The notes: a model not told the origin generated them from the letters alone. A stretch of 64,000 nucleotides of DNA from Candidatus Aenigmatarchaeota archaeon (GCA_043802485.1 JAZDKZ010000007.1:66048-130047); one strand, 5' to 3'. Numbered from the stretch's first letter, positions 29,037 through 39,109 are shown. Made by a program: numbers and translations.

Positions 29037-29846
29037 ATGAGCCTTTTTGTCAATCCTTCAGTTCTAGAGCAAACATTCCTGCCAAAGCTTCTTCCCTTTA
29101 GGGAGGGGCAGCACAAGTACCTGGCAGAGTGCATCAAGCCCTTGTTCGAGAGGAGGAGCGGCAGCAACCTGATGATATCAGGCCCTTCTGGCATAGGCAA
29201 GACTGCTTGTACAAAATACATACTAAGGGAACTACTGGAAGAGACGGACAACATAATGCCGATATACATCAACTGCTGGAAGCGTGATACAAGTCCAAAA
29301 ATAATAAACGAGATAGCCAAGAAGATGGACATCAAGCTCATCGAAAAGACTTCATCAGACGAAATATTCGACAGGATAATAGAAAAGCTCAGCAAGTATG
29401 ATGGCGTGGTGTTCGCCTTCGACGAGCTGGACAAGGTAAAGGACTTTGACTTTCTCTACAGGATACTGGAAGACGTCCCCTACAAGACCATGTTCCTGAT
29501 AACCAACATAAAAGACATTGTCACAAAGATGGACAGCCGACTGCTCTCGAGGATGCTCCTGGAGAAAGTTGAGTTCAAACCGTACAACTTTGAGGAGACA
29601 CGCCAGATACTGTTTGAAAGGCAGAAGTACGCCTTCTCTCCAGATTCTTGGGACTATGACGCTTCTGAAATTATAATGAGAAAGGCCTACGAGGCAAAGG
29701 ATATCAGGACAGGACTGTTCCTGATGAAGACCGCCGGCGAGCTGGCTAACAAAGAGAACGCACCCAAGATAGTCATGAAACATGTTGACAAGGCGATGGA
29801 GAAGATTGACGACGTCGGCAAGTCCAAGCTCGGCAACTTTATCTAG
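29037..29846 (+). CDS. cdc6: Cdc6/Orc1-like AAA+ ATPase lacking the C-terminal winged helix
   Basis: LPFREGQ, GPSGIGKT, YINCW, FDELD, DSRLLSR, FKPY, DIRTG; only 269 aa. Confidence 0.85.
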   Translation: MSLFVNPSVLEQTFLPKLLPFREGQHKYLAECIKPLFERRSGSNLMISGPSGIGKTACTKYILRELLEETDNIMPIYINCWKRDTSPKIINEIAKKMDIKLIEKTSSDEIFDRIIEKLSKYDGVVFAFDELDKVKDFDFLYRILEDVPYKTMFLITNIKDIVTKMDSRLLSRMLLEKVEFKPYNFEETRQILFERQKYAFSPDSWDYDASEIIMRKAYEAKDIRTGLFLMKTAGELANKENAPKIVMKHVDKAMEKIDDVGKSKLGNFI

Positions 29847-29902
29847 TCTTCAAAATTCAAGCTTAAATCTTTAATGTTTCTATTATTTAACAGCGTGTTG
29901 TT

Positions 29903-30301
29903 ATGGCACTAAAAGTTGACAAAAAATTTTCTTATTTGACTGACTTGACAGACCATAATGAGGAATTAGGTTTCTATAAAAAACTAACTTCTAAAATAGG
30001 TGGTATTTTCAAGAAAAAAACAAGAGATACTAGTTACCGAAAACACGTTTCTGATATAATTTCCAGCCCACCAAGACTTTACATATTATGGCGAATATGT
30101 GAAGGTAGTAAATCTGTCGGTGAAATAAAAAAGAGTATCCCTGAATCTGAGAGTTTAATAAGTAAAAGGTATTTCAAAAAACTAGAAGACGATGGATTAA
30201 TAACTTTAGATGAAAATGGTTATGCCCCGACAGAAATGGGACAGAAGGTAAACAAGGTACTTAGAAACATATCTGAAGCTTCAGATAAGGTCAAGTTCTG
30301 A
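29903..30301 (+). CDS. ArsR-like winged-helix protein
   Basis: RLYILWRICEGSKSVGEI...FKKLEDDGLI...YAPTEMG; AT-rich. Confidence 0.7.
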   Translation: MALKVDKKFSYLTDLTDHNEELGFYKKLTSKIGGIFKKKTRDTSYRKHVSDIISSPPRLYILWRICEGSKSVGEIKKSIPESESLISKRYFKKLEDDGLITLDENGYAPTEMGQKVNKVLRNISEASDKVKF

Positions 30302-30341
30302 AAACAATTTAAATTTTAAATGTCAATTAATATCGGTTCTA

Positions 30342-30710
30342 ATGAGTTGCTATCCTGCATACATAGAGGCACCTGATGGTTATACCAAGCCTGTAGAAAT
30401 CTGCACAAACCAGAATCTCCCCAAAAAAATCAAGGGTAGAACCGATGGTTATCGGATTGAAATAAGTAAAGATCTCGACGATTTGTACGGCCTTGGAATT
30501 TCTGACCCAGAAACTTATGTCCTTATACACGAATGCTTCCACATAATACACCCTAAAAAAAACGAGTATGAAATCAGGATTTTATCGGACATCGAATATG
30601 AAATACAGACGGGTGAAAGGGTAGACACGACATGCTATTTCAAGCATGAAGGTTCAAGCTCTTATTCCAATTTTTTGAAAGAAATAAAAAAGTCAGGGCG
30701 CTTTGATTGA
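30342..30710 (+). CDS. Small HExxH zincin-like metallopeptidase
   Basis: IKGRT...YVLIHECFHIIHPKKNEYE; AT-rich. Confidence 0.65.
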   Translation: MSCYPAYIEAPDGYTKPVEICTNQNLPKKIKGRTDGYRIEISKDLDDLYGLGISDPETYVLIHECFHIIHPKKNEYEIRILSDIEYEIQTGERVDTTCYFKHEGSSSYSNFLKEIKKSGRFD

Positions 30711-30849
30711 TTTTAAATATTTTCTGCTCTAATTAGTATTAAGGCGATTTGATGGACTGGGATTCACTCCAATTTATTTAGAAGTTTTGTCTAGTTCTAA
30801 GAATATTAATAAAGATAAGGAGAGTTATCTATATTTTAAGAGTGATTAA

Positions 30850-31953
30850 ATGGCTGAAAGAATAGACCCCTGGGGCTCGGTCCTGATAGAGGACTACAGC
30901 AAGATCATAGAGAACTATGGTATGGAGAGCTTTGACGAGAAGATTCTCAAAAAGCTGCCAAAACCCAACAGGCTCATGAGAAGGTTTGTGGTGTTCGGTC
31001 ACCAGAATCTGGAGAGAATTGTTGACGCCATAGTCAACAAGAAGGAGTTTGCCATACTCACGGGTATAATGCCCTCTTCTGAAAAGCTGCACTTAGGCAA
31101 CAAGATGGTGATAGAGATGGTAAAGTACTTCCAGGAACATGGAGGCAAGGCCTTTGTTCTGGTAGCTGACCTCGAATCCCTAGCAACCAGAGACATATCT
31201 TTGGAAGATGCTGAGAAAAGGGCTCTGAGCTTCCACATCCCTGCTTACATAGCATTGGGGCTGGATCCGAAGAAGACGGTGTTCTACTTCCAATCAAAGA
31301 ACAAAAGAGTGAGGGACATGTCTGTAGAGTTGTCACCAAGGCTTACGATAAACGAGTACAGAGCTTTGTACGGAGAGCCTAGCGCGCCGAAGATAATCTC
31401 TTCACTGACGCAGATATCGGACATTCTCTTTCCACAGTTTGACAAGGTCAAACCGGTAGTCGTACCGGTCGGTCCTGACCAGTCACCACACCTTAGGGCG
31501 ACCAGGGACGTGGTAAGAAGATACAAGAAGGTAAATTTCATACCGCCTTCAGCAACATATCACAAGTTCACACCCAGCCTTGATGGCAGCATGAAAATGA
31601 GCAAGAGCAATCCCAAGAGCTTCATATCAATACCAGAGGACCCGAGCAAAGTGGGGAAGAAGCTGATGAGCGCAAAGACAGGCGGCTGTGAGACTATCGA
31701 GGAACAAAAAAAGAAGGGTGGTAAGCCTGATGAGTGCATAGTCTTTGAGATGTTCAAACAGCACCTGATAGAGGATGACAACGAACTGAATGATATTTAC
31801 AAAAGCTGCAAAGGCGGCAAGATAATGTGCGGCGAATGCAAGAAGAAGGCGGCAGACCTTATGAAAAAATTCATGGAGGACTTTATACAGAAATTCGACA
31901 AGGCGAAGAAGAACGTTGACAAACTGAACATACTGAAATTCGAGTGTGAATAA
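30850..31953 (+). CDS. trpS: Tryptophanyl-tRNA synthetase
   Basis: IDPWG, TGIMPS..LHLGN, VPVGPDQSPH, KMSKS, CGECK. Confidence 0.96.
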   Translation: MAERIDPWGSVLIEDYSKIIENYGMESFDEKILKKLPKPNRLMRRFVVFGHQNLERIVDAIVNKKEFAILTGIMPSSEKLHLGNKMVIEMVKYFQEHGGKAFVLVADLESLATRDISLEDAEKRALSFHIPAYIALGLDPKKTVFYFQSKNKRVRDMSVELSPRLTINEYRALYGEPSAPKIISSLTQISDILFPQFDKVKPVVVPVGPDQSPHLRATRDVVRRYKKVNFIPPSATYHKFTPSLDGSMKMSKSNPKSFISIPEDPSKVGKKLMSAKTGGCETIEEQKKKGGKPDECIVFEMFKQHLIEDDNELNDIYKSCKGGKIMCGECKKKAADLMKKFMEDFIQKFDKAKKNVDKLNILKFECE

Positions 31954-33271
31954 AATGTACAAGCTTACAGAAGAGGGAAAGGACTATCTGAAGAACGGCC
32001 TGCCTGAAAAGCAGCTGCTGAATTTCATAGGCAATGAAAAGCCTATGCAGGATGTCGTAAATTTTTCCAATTCCAAAATAGCCATAGGCTGGGCAAGGAA
32101 GAGCGGCTGGATAAATATCGAGAACGGAATGGTTTCCCTGACAGATTCTGGAAAAAGGGCAAAGAACGACAAGAGCAAAACCGAAGCCGCCTTGGAGATA
32201 GTCGACAAAAAAGGAGAGGACGAACAGGAAATTATCAAGATTCTTCTGAGCAGAAATTTGATAGTCGAGACAAAGCAAGTTGTGGTGAAGCATATCAAGA
32301 AAAAAAGGTGCTCATTCTTCAAGAAGCTTTTCAAGAAGAAGGAAAAGAAAGAGGAAGCAAAAGAAGAGGTAAAAGAGATTGCCCAGCTGACACCGGACAT
32401 GCTAAAAACCGGCACATGGAAGAACGCCAACTTTAGAAGGTACGACGTCAATGCACCAGCGCCAAAGTTGTACGGCGGCAAGAAGCAACCTTGCGTTCAA
32501 TTCCTGGAGGACATAAGAGAGAAATTAATAGGTATGGGTTTTCAGGAGATGCAAGGGCCCATGGTAGAGACCTTGTTCTGGAACTCTGACGCTCTGTTCA
32601 TGCCGCAGGACCATCCTGCCAGAGGCATCCATGACGTATTCTACTTGAAGAATCCGTCTACTGGAGATTTGCCAGACGAGAATTTAGTTGCTAAAGTAAA
32701 GGCTACTCATGAGGGCGGCTGGATAACAGACAGCACCGGCTGGGGAGGGACATGGAACAAGGAAGACGCTAGAAAACTTATACTGAGGTCACAGACAACA
32801 GCCGTATCCGCCAGAACCCTTTTTGAAGTGGGCGACAAGCCAGGAAAATACTTCACAATAGACAGGAACTTTAGACCTGATGCTATAGATGTGCATCATT
32901 TGATGGAATTCGCCCACTGCGAAGGCATAGTGGTAGGTGAGAACCTAACTTTCAGCCATCTGTTAGGATTCTTGAAAGAGATTGCAGAGACAGTGGGGGT
33001 CGAACACGTCAAATACAAACCAGGATTCTTCCCGTTCACCGAGCCCTCTGTAGAGCTGTTCGGCAAAGTTGAAGGCAAGTGGCTCGAGCTGGGCGGGGCC
33101 GGTATGTTCAGACCAGAAGTGCTAAAGCCGCTGGGCATCAACAACTCACAAGTTTTGGCATGGGGCCTTGGCATCGCAAGGCTGGCTATGATCAAGCTGG
33201 GCATCAATGATATTAGGATGCTCTATTCAGACGATTTGGAATTCTTAAGGAACGTTCCGATGGTGAGATGA
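31946..33271 (+). CDS. pheS: Phenylalanyl-tRNA synthetase alpha subunit
   Basis: WNSDALFMPQDHPAR, RSQTTAVS, FPFTEPS, GAGMFRPE, AWGLG. Confidence 0.97.
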   Translation: MNKMYKLTEEGKDYLKNGLPEKQLLNFIGNEKPMQDVVNFSNSKIAIGWARKSGWINIENGMVSLTDSGKRAKNDKSKTEAALEIVDKKGEDEQEIIKILLSRNLIVETKQVVVKHIKKKRCSFFKKLFKKKEKKEEAKEEVKEIAQLTPDMLKTGTWKNANFRRYDVNAPAPKLYGGKKQPCVQFLEDIREKLIGMGFQEMQGPMVETLFWNSDALFMPQDHPARGIHDVFYLKNPSTGDLPDENLVAKVKATHEGGWITDSTGWGGTWNKEDARKLILRSQTTAVSARTLFEVGDKPGKYFTIDRNFRPDAIDVHHLMEFAHCEGIVVGENLTFSHLLGFLKEIAETVGVEHVKYKPGFFPFTEPSVELFGKVEGKWLELGGAGMFRPEVLKPLGINNSQVLAWGLGIARLAMIKLGINDIRMLYSDDLEFLRNVPMVR

Positions 33272-33272
33272 T

Positions 33273-34877
33273 ATGGTTGTAATAGAGATAAGCAAAAACG
33301 ACTTGTTGAACCTGGTCGGCAAGGACTTGCCGGACGAGGAGTTAGAAGAATTGTTATTCTTGATAAAGCTGGAGCCCGAGTTCGACGGGGACACCATCAA
33401 ATGCGAGATGCATGCTGACAGGCCGGACATGTTCTCTGTCGAGGGAGTGGCAAGGGAATTGAAAGGTTTCCTCGGCCTTGAGACAGGAATAAAAAAGTAC
33501 GACATAACTGATTCCAAAATAGTTGTCAGTCTGAAGGACCCGCAGGTCAGGCCATACATAGCATGCGCTGTTGTCAAGGATATTATACTATCGGATGAAC
33601 TGGTAAAGAGCCTCATGCAGATACAGGAGAAGCTGCACGACACCCTGGGCAGGGGAAGGGAGAAGGTAGCCATAGGCGTTCATGATTTCGAGAAGGTTGT
33701 TCCGCCGCTAAAGTACATGGACGTAGAGAACGAGACCTTCATACCGTTGGGCGGAACGCAGGAGATGGACGTGGACCAGATACTGACGCAGCATCCAAAG
33801 GGCATAGGCTATGCTCATCTTGTAGGGAAGATGCGGCCCATGCTTTATGACAAGGAAGGCGTGATAAGCTTCCCGCCGATAATCAACTCGGAAAGGACCA
33901 GAGTGACAGTCGCGACAAGCAGCCTTTTCATAGACGTTACAGGAACCGACGAGAAGGCAGTGAACGAGGCTATGAACATAATGGTCTGCAACATTGTTGA
34001 AAGAGGCGGGAAGATAGAAACGGTCAATATCGGAAGGAAGAGGACACCTGACCTGGCGCCCAGAGATTTTATGGCAGAGGTCGAGAACATTGACAAAGTA
34101 TTGGGCCTGGGCCTGTCAGAAAAGGACATTGCAGAAATACTGGAAAGGATGAGATACAGCATCACCAATCAGAGAGGCGGGAAGATGAAGATAGCGATAC
34201 CTCCCTACAGGACATCCATACTGCACCTGGTCGACATAATAGAGGACGTTGCCATAGGCTACGGCTACAACAACATCCATCCCATACTTCCAAAATTGCC
34301 CTCAATCGGAAACCAGAGCGTCTTGACAAAGTTGACTTCAAAGACAAGAGACCTGATGATAGGGCTGGGCTTCCAAGAGATACTGAACTTTGTCCTGACC
34401 AACAAGGAGAACAACTTTAACAGGATGCTGACTAACGGCGAAGCTGCGGAGATTGCCAACCCCTTATCTAGCGAGTATACGATATGCAGGACTTGGCTTT
34501 CACCCTCGTTGATCAAGAACCTTTCATCAAACATGCACAGGGAATACCCACAGAGGCTTTTCGAGATAGGCAACTGCGTGCTTCTGGATGAGACGCAGGA
34601 AACCAAGGTAAGGATTGTCAAAAAGCTGTGCGGCGTTGTGTCTCATGATGCCGCCAATCTGACAGAGATGAAGTCTGTAGTTGATTCAATCGTGAATTAT
34701 CTCGGTTATGATTATCAGATAAGAGAATCCCAGCACCCGAGCTTTATTGACTCAAGAGTAGGGGAAATAGTGATGGATGACAAACCAATAGGCTTCTTCG
34801 GCGAAATATGCCCGCAGGTATTGGAGAACTGGAAGCTGGAAAAGCCTGTGATAGCTTTCGAGATAGAACTAGTCTAA
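33273..34877 (+). CDS. pheT: Phenylalanyl-tRNA synthetase beta subunit
   Basis: DRPDMFSVEG, QEKLH, AIGVHD, SFPPIINS, DIIEDVAIGYGY. Confidence 0.97.
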   Translation: MVVIEISKNDLLNLVGKDLPDEELEELLFLIKLEPEFDGDTIKCEMHADRPDMFSVEGVARELKGFLGLETGIKKYDITDSKIVVSLKDPQVRPYIACAVVKDIILSDELVKSLMQIQEKLHDTLGRGREKVAIGVHDFEKVVPPLKYMDVENETFIPLGGTQEMDVDQILTQHPKGIGYAHLVGKMRPMLYDKEGVISFPPIINSERTRVTVATSSLFIDVTGTDEKAVNEAMNIMVCNIVERGGKIETVNIGRKRTPDLAPRDFMAEVENIDKVLGLGLSEKDIAEILERMRYSITNQRGGKMKIAIPPYRTSILHLVDIIEDVAIGYGYNNIHPILPKLPSIGNQSVLTKLTSKTRDLMIGLGFQEILNFVLTNKENNFNRMLTNGEAAEIANPLSSEYTICRTWLSPSLIKNLSSNMHREYPQRLFEIGNCVLLDETQETKVRIVKKLCGVVSHDAANLTEMKSVVDSIVNYLGYDYQIRESQHPSFIDSRVGEIVMDDKPIGFFGEICPQVLENWKLEKPVIAFEIELV

Positions 34878-35633
34878 CCAAAAGAAGAGCCTTTCCCACC
34901 AAGCCCTTTTCTCGATCTTTCTCCACGGCTCGCCGATTATCTTAAGGGCTAGCTTCTGGAACTCGACAGACGACTTGCTCTTGGGCTTGTGATGAACTAC
35001 AGGAATCTTCCTTGCAATGGATTTCGGAACTGAGATATCCTCCGGGATAAGGGATATTATGGGAACCTCCAGCATAGAGCGTATCTCGTCAATGGACATC
35101 TCGTGTTTCAAGCCGCGCACTCGGTTTACCACAACTCCCATAATTTTCTTGCCGTTCCTCTGGGCAACCCTTATGGTCTTCAAGGCATCAGTAACAGCAG
35201 GCAGGTCCGGATTAGTAACTATCAGCAGTTCGTCCGCAACGTTCATGGCAGCCATTGCCTCCTTTCCCAAGCCGGCGGCAGAATCGACTATTATTATGTC
35301 GGTGCTGTTCAATAGGCCTGACATAGCCTCCTCCATCCTGTCCAGATCAACCCCTTCCAAAGATTCTATGGACAGGGAAGCTGGTATCACCTTCAGGCCA
35401 GAATGATGATTGTATATAGCAGACTCTATGGGCATGTCGTTCCTAAGGGCGTCATGCAGCGTTACAGGATAGAAAGGTATGCCCAAATGAAGGCTCAGGT
35501 TGGGTGTTGTGAGATTGCCGTCTATTATGACAACGTTCTTACCGTGCTTTGTCAGAGCTGAGCCCAAATTCGACACAACGGTCGTCTTGCCGACGCCGCC
35601 CTTGCCGGATATGACAGATATTATTTTAGACAT
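34869..35633 (-). CDS. minD: MinD/ParA-family ATPase with a C-terminal amphipathic helix
   Basis: SGKGGVGKTT, DSAAGLG, VTDALK, IPED; tail WWERLFFWLD. Confidence 0.93.
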   Translation of the reverse strand: MSKIISVISGKGGVGKTTVVSNLGSALTKHGKNVVIIDGNLTTPNLSLHLGIPFYPVTLHDALRNDMPIESAIYNHHSGLKVIPASLSIESLEGVDLDRMEEAMSGLLNSTDIIIVDSAAGLGKEAMAAMNVADELLIVTNPDLPAVTDALKTIRVAQRNGKKIMGVVVNRVRGLKHEMSIDEIRSMLEVPIISLIPEDISVPKSIARKIPVVHHKPKSKSSVEFQKLALKIIGEPWRKIEKRAWWERLFFWLD

Positions 35634-35704
35634 GTTATAGAGTTTATTTTGATTATTGCAGATAAAAAGTTTGCTATTTAAGATTTTGAAAACAATTAAT
35701 TATT

Positions 35705-35893
35705 ATGGCACTAGGAGACATATTGGGTTTGTTCTTACTTTCGCAGGAGGCGAGGCAGCTATCGTCTGCTTTCGGAGTGATGAGCATAATCTTCGGGCTG
35801 GTGATTCTATGGAAGCCGAACATCATATCATACCTGATAGCATTGTATCTGATACTGACAGGTCTGATGGCAATCGCTGGCGGTATGATATAG
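35705..35893 (+). CDS. Small membrane protein (DUF3096-like)
   Basis: SIIFGLVILWKPNIISYLIALYLILTG. Confidence 0.7.
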   Translation: MALGDILGLFLLSQEARQLSSAFGVMSIIFGLVILWKPNIISYLIALYLILTGLMAIAGGMI

Positions 35894-35901
35894 AAATAAA
35901 A

Positions 35902-36009
35902 CGCTTCCGACGGGATTTGAACCCGCGACCCCTTGATTTCTTCATCTTGAATCAGATCTTCTAAGTTATTTAGAAGTCAAGTGCTCTATCCAAACTGAGC
36001 TACGGAAGC
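35902..36009 (-). tRNA. tRNA-Arg(TCT) with a 33-nt canonical 37/38 intron (35938-35970)
   Basis: GCTTCCG/CGGAAGC+G; CTTGA CTTC TA^A ... GAAG AA^A TCAAG BHB. Confidence 0.93.
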
Positions 36010-36066
36010 ATATTGATTTAATTTATTTATACAATTTAAATATATACTGATTAGAAAGGTTGAAAT

Positions 36067-38661
36067 ATGGCAGACATAGAGGAAAAGTGGCAGAAAAGGT
36101 GGCAGGAAGCCAAGCTCTTCGAGGCAAAGGAAGGCAAGGAGAAGAAGTACTATGTTCTCGAGATGTTCCCATATCCTTCAGGAATTACAGGGCATATGGG
36201 GCATGTGAGGAACTATATGATAGGGGACAGCTTCACCAGGTTCATGAGGATGATGGGCTACAACGTCCTTTACCCGATGGGTTGGGACGCGTTCGGTCTT
36301 CCGACAGAGAACGCCGCCATAAAGAAAGGCGTGCATCCTGTAGAGAGCATGGCAGAAAACATAAAAAACTTTAAAGAGCAGCTGAACCAGCTGTCGATAA
36401 GCTACGACTGGTCAAGGGAATTGACTACATGCGATCCTGAATATTACAAGTGGAACCAGTGGCTATTCCTGAAGCTCTTGGAAAAGGGATTGACCTACAA
36501 GAGCTTTGCTTTGGGCAACTGGTGCCCGGCCTGCAAGACTGTCTTAGCTAATGAAGATGTCAAGGAAGGCAGATGCGACAGGTGCGAAACAGAGGTCACG
36601 CAGAAAGAGATCAACCAGTGGTTCTTCAAGATTACGGATTATGCTGACAGGCTTTTGGATGACCTAGACAAGATTGACTGGTCAGAAAGGTTGAAGGCTA
36701 TACAGAGAAACTGGATAGGCAAGAGCCATGGCATCAATTATATTTTCAAAATTAAAGACAGCGAAAAGGAGATAAAGACCTTTACCACCAGACCCGACAC
36801 TTTTTTCGGCATAACCTTCATGGTAATCGCCCCTGAACATCCGATGGTCAACGAATTGATGGAAGAGGCTGAAAACAGAAAGGAAATCAAAAAGTTCGTG
36901 AAAGAGGCAAAGAAGCTTTCAGAATTGGAAAGAACCATACTCACAAAGGAGAAGAAGGGTATTTTCACAGGCAAGTATGTCATCAATCCTGTGACAAAAA
37001 AAGAGATACCCATATGGCTTGCAAACTATGTTGTAGGAACCTACGGGACAGGGGTTGTGATAGGCGTTCCCACCCAGGACCAGAGAGACTTTGAGTTCGC
37101 CAAAAAATATGGCATACCCTTGAAGCTTGTGATAAATCCTCCGGGCAAGGAGCTGAAGGAAAAAGAAATGCAGGAAGCTTACACAGAAGAGGGTGTCATG
37201 ATAAACTCAGACAAGTTCGACGGCATGAAAAGTTCTGAAGCCATGAAAGCGATAGCCGACTTTCTGGTTGAGAAGGGCCATGCAGAAAGGACTATCAACT
37301 ATAAGATAAGGGACTGGTGCATATCAAGGCAGAGATATTGGGGAACGCCGATACCGGTTGTATATTGTGATAAATGCGGAATCGTTCCTGTCCCTGAAAA
37401 GGACCTGCCTGTGGAGCTTCCCCTGGATGTGGAGTTCGGCAAGGAGGGCGCCCCACCGCTGGCAACGAATGAAGGTTTTGTGAACACCAAGTGCCCCAAG
37501 TGCGGTGGACCTGGCAAAAGGGAGACCGACACAATGACCACTTTCGTTGATTCTTCTTGGTACTATCTGCGCTATACTTCTCCTAAATATGACAAGGCTA
37601 TGTTTGACAAGGAAAAAGTTAACTACTGGATGCCTGTTGACCAGTACATCGGAGGGTCCGAGCATGCTGTAGGCCATCTGATGTATTCTAGGTTCATAAC
37701 AAAGTTCCTGAAGGACATTGGCTATCTTAACTTTGACGAGCCTTTCATGAAGCTGATGAACCAGGGAATGGTCAACAAGAACGGAGTGAAGATGAGCAAG
37801 TCAAAGGGCAACGTTGTCGACCCAAGGGACGTTATCAAGGAGCACGGCGTTGACACTCTGAGAACGTACATGCTTTTCATGGCCCATCCGACAAAGGAAG
37901 TGGAATGGTCTGACAAGGAAATTGGAGGGGTCGGCAAGTTCCTGGAAAGGGTGATAAGGATGAGAGCGTCTATGAAAAAGGAAAAGAACAAATACATAGA
38001 AAGCGTGACCCAGAGAAAAATAGAGTCTGTGACAAATTCGATAAAGAAGCTTGAGCCTAATGTCGCCATCATAGAACTGATGGACTTTGCCAACAAGCTT
38101 TCAAAGCATCCTTCTTTGGAGTGTTATAAGATATTTTTGAAGATGCTCACGCCTTTTGCGCCTCATACCACAGAGGAGATATGGGAAAAACTCGAAGAAA
38201 AGGAAATGATATCTGTGCAAAAATGGCCAGAGCCTGACGAGTCCAAGATAAATCTGAAAGAGGAAGCAGGCGAGGAACTTATAAGCCAGATTATAAAAGA
38301 CGTGGGGGAGATTCAGAAACTATCCAAAATAGCTTCCCCGAAGAAAATAACTATATTTGTCTCGCCTTCCTGGAAAAGCGATGTCTATGACAATGTGCTT
38401 CAGGAAAAGGACCTGAAAGAATTCATCAAGGATTTCAAGGGCAAGGAGAAGGAAGTTGCTGACTATTACAAAAAGCTGGTAAAGAAAAGACCTACAGAAG
38501 AAAAGTTCCTGAAAGGACATGAGATAAAGCATCTGGAAAATAACAGGGATATTCTGGAAAAAGAATTCGGCTGCGAGATAGAGATTGTTCCAGCAGAGAA
38601 AGAAAAGCATCCCAAGGCGAAGATAGCAGAACCTGAGAAACCCGGTTTATTGGTTGACTAA
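36067..38661 (+). CDS. leuS: Leucyl-tRNA synthetase (bacterial-type core, archaeal-type C-terminus)
   Basis: MFPYPSG, HMGHVRNY, GWDAFGLP, TTRPDT, DWCISRQRYWG, RETDTM, KMSKSKGN; tail KAKIAEPEKPGLLVD. Confidence 0.96.
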   Translation: MADIEEKWQKRWQEAKLFEAKEGKEKKYYVLEMFPYPSGITGHMGHVRNYMIGDSFTRFMRMMGYNVLYPMGWDAFGLPTENAAIKKGVHPVESMAENIKNFKEQLNQLSISYDWSRELTTCDPEYYKWNQWLFLKLLEKGLTYKSFALGNWCPACKTVLANEDVKEGRCDRCETEVTQKEINQWFFKITDYADRLLDDLDKIDWSERLKAIQRNWIGKSHGINYIFKIKDSEKEIKTFTTRPDTFFGITFMVIAPEHPMVNELMEEAENRKEIKKFVKEAKKLSELERTILTKEKKGIFTGKYVINPVTKKEIPIWLANYVVGTYGTGVVIGVPTQDQRDFEFAKKYGIPLKLVINPPGKELKEKEMQEAYTEEGVMINSDKFDGMKSSEAMKAIADFLVEKGHAERTINYKIRDWCISRQRYWGTPIPVVYCDKCGIVPVPEKDLPVELPLDVEFGKEGAPPLATNEGFVNTKCPKCGGPGKRETDTMTTFVDSSWYYLRYTSPKYDKAMFDKEKVNYWMPVDQYIGGSEHAVGHLMYSRFITKFLKDIGYLNFDEPFMKLMNQGMVNKNGVKMSKSKGNVVDPRDVIKEHGVDTLRTYMLFMAHPTKEVEWSDKEIGGVGKFLERVIRMRASMKKEKNKYIESVTQRKIESVTNSIKKLEPNVAIIELMDFANKLSKHPSLECYKIFLKMLTPFAPHTTEEIWEKLEEKEMISVQKWPEPDESKINLKEEAGEELISQIIKDVGEIQKLSKIASPKKITIFVSPSWKSDVYDNVLQEKDLKEFIKDFKGKEKEVADYYKKLVKKRPTEEKFLKGHEIKHLENNRDILEKEFGCEIEIVPAEKEKHPKAKIAEPEKPGLLVD

Positions 38662-39024
38662 TCTTCTATAGTCATTGAAAACTTTTTCTACAGTTCTTTT
38701 CGTGACATAGGGTCTGTGGTTCCTAAAGCCGCCGCCGAAGCATTTGGGTATGTGCATCAACTCATGTATTATTGTCTTGGTCTTCTCGTCATTGTCCAGC
38801 TTGTCAAAGTTCTCGGAGATGAACTCGATGGCATAGAAAGCCTTGGTCTGCATGGCCTTTTGCATTATCTTTGAAAGGCCCTGTATCCTGGCAAGTATCC
38901 TCTTGCTCTTCGATCCCCTGCTCCTTATGCACACGACCCTGTCGGCCCTGACGTGGCACATTTCCAATCTTTCGACAACGTCGTCCATTATTTCCTGTAT
39001 GTCATCGGCTATCTCGTACTTCAT
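38647..39024 (-). CDS. Putative metallopeptidase (COG4900-like)
   Basis: RSRGS...ARIQGL...KTIIHELMHIPKCFGGGFR. Confidence 0.85.
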   Translation of the reverse strand: MKYEIADDIQEIMDDVVERLEMCHVRADRVVCIRSRGSKSKRILARIQGLSKIMQKAMQTKAFYAIEFISENFDKLDNDEKTKTIIHELMHIPKCFGGGFRNHRPYVTKRTVEKVFNDYRRLVNQ

Positions 39025-39109
39025 AATTATCTATGATTGCCCGGATTATTAATTGCTTTCACCTTGCGTGGTGAGATAGAACAATAAGCATTGTTGGACA
39101 TTTCATTTT

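Noticed and set aside
28960..30850. Replication origin next to cdc6
   Set aside because: No convincing ORB repeats in the short flanking intergenic regions
3430..36009. Integrated element at one of the tRNA genes
   Set aside because: No integrase or transposase, and I found no duplicated tRNA 3' end in the window
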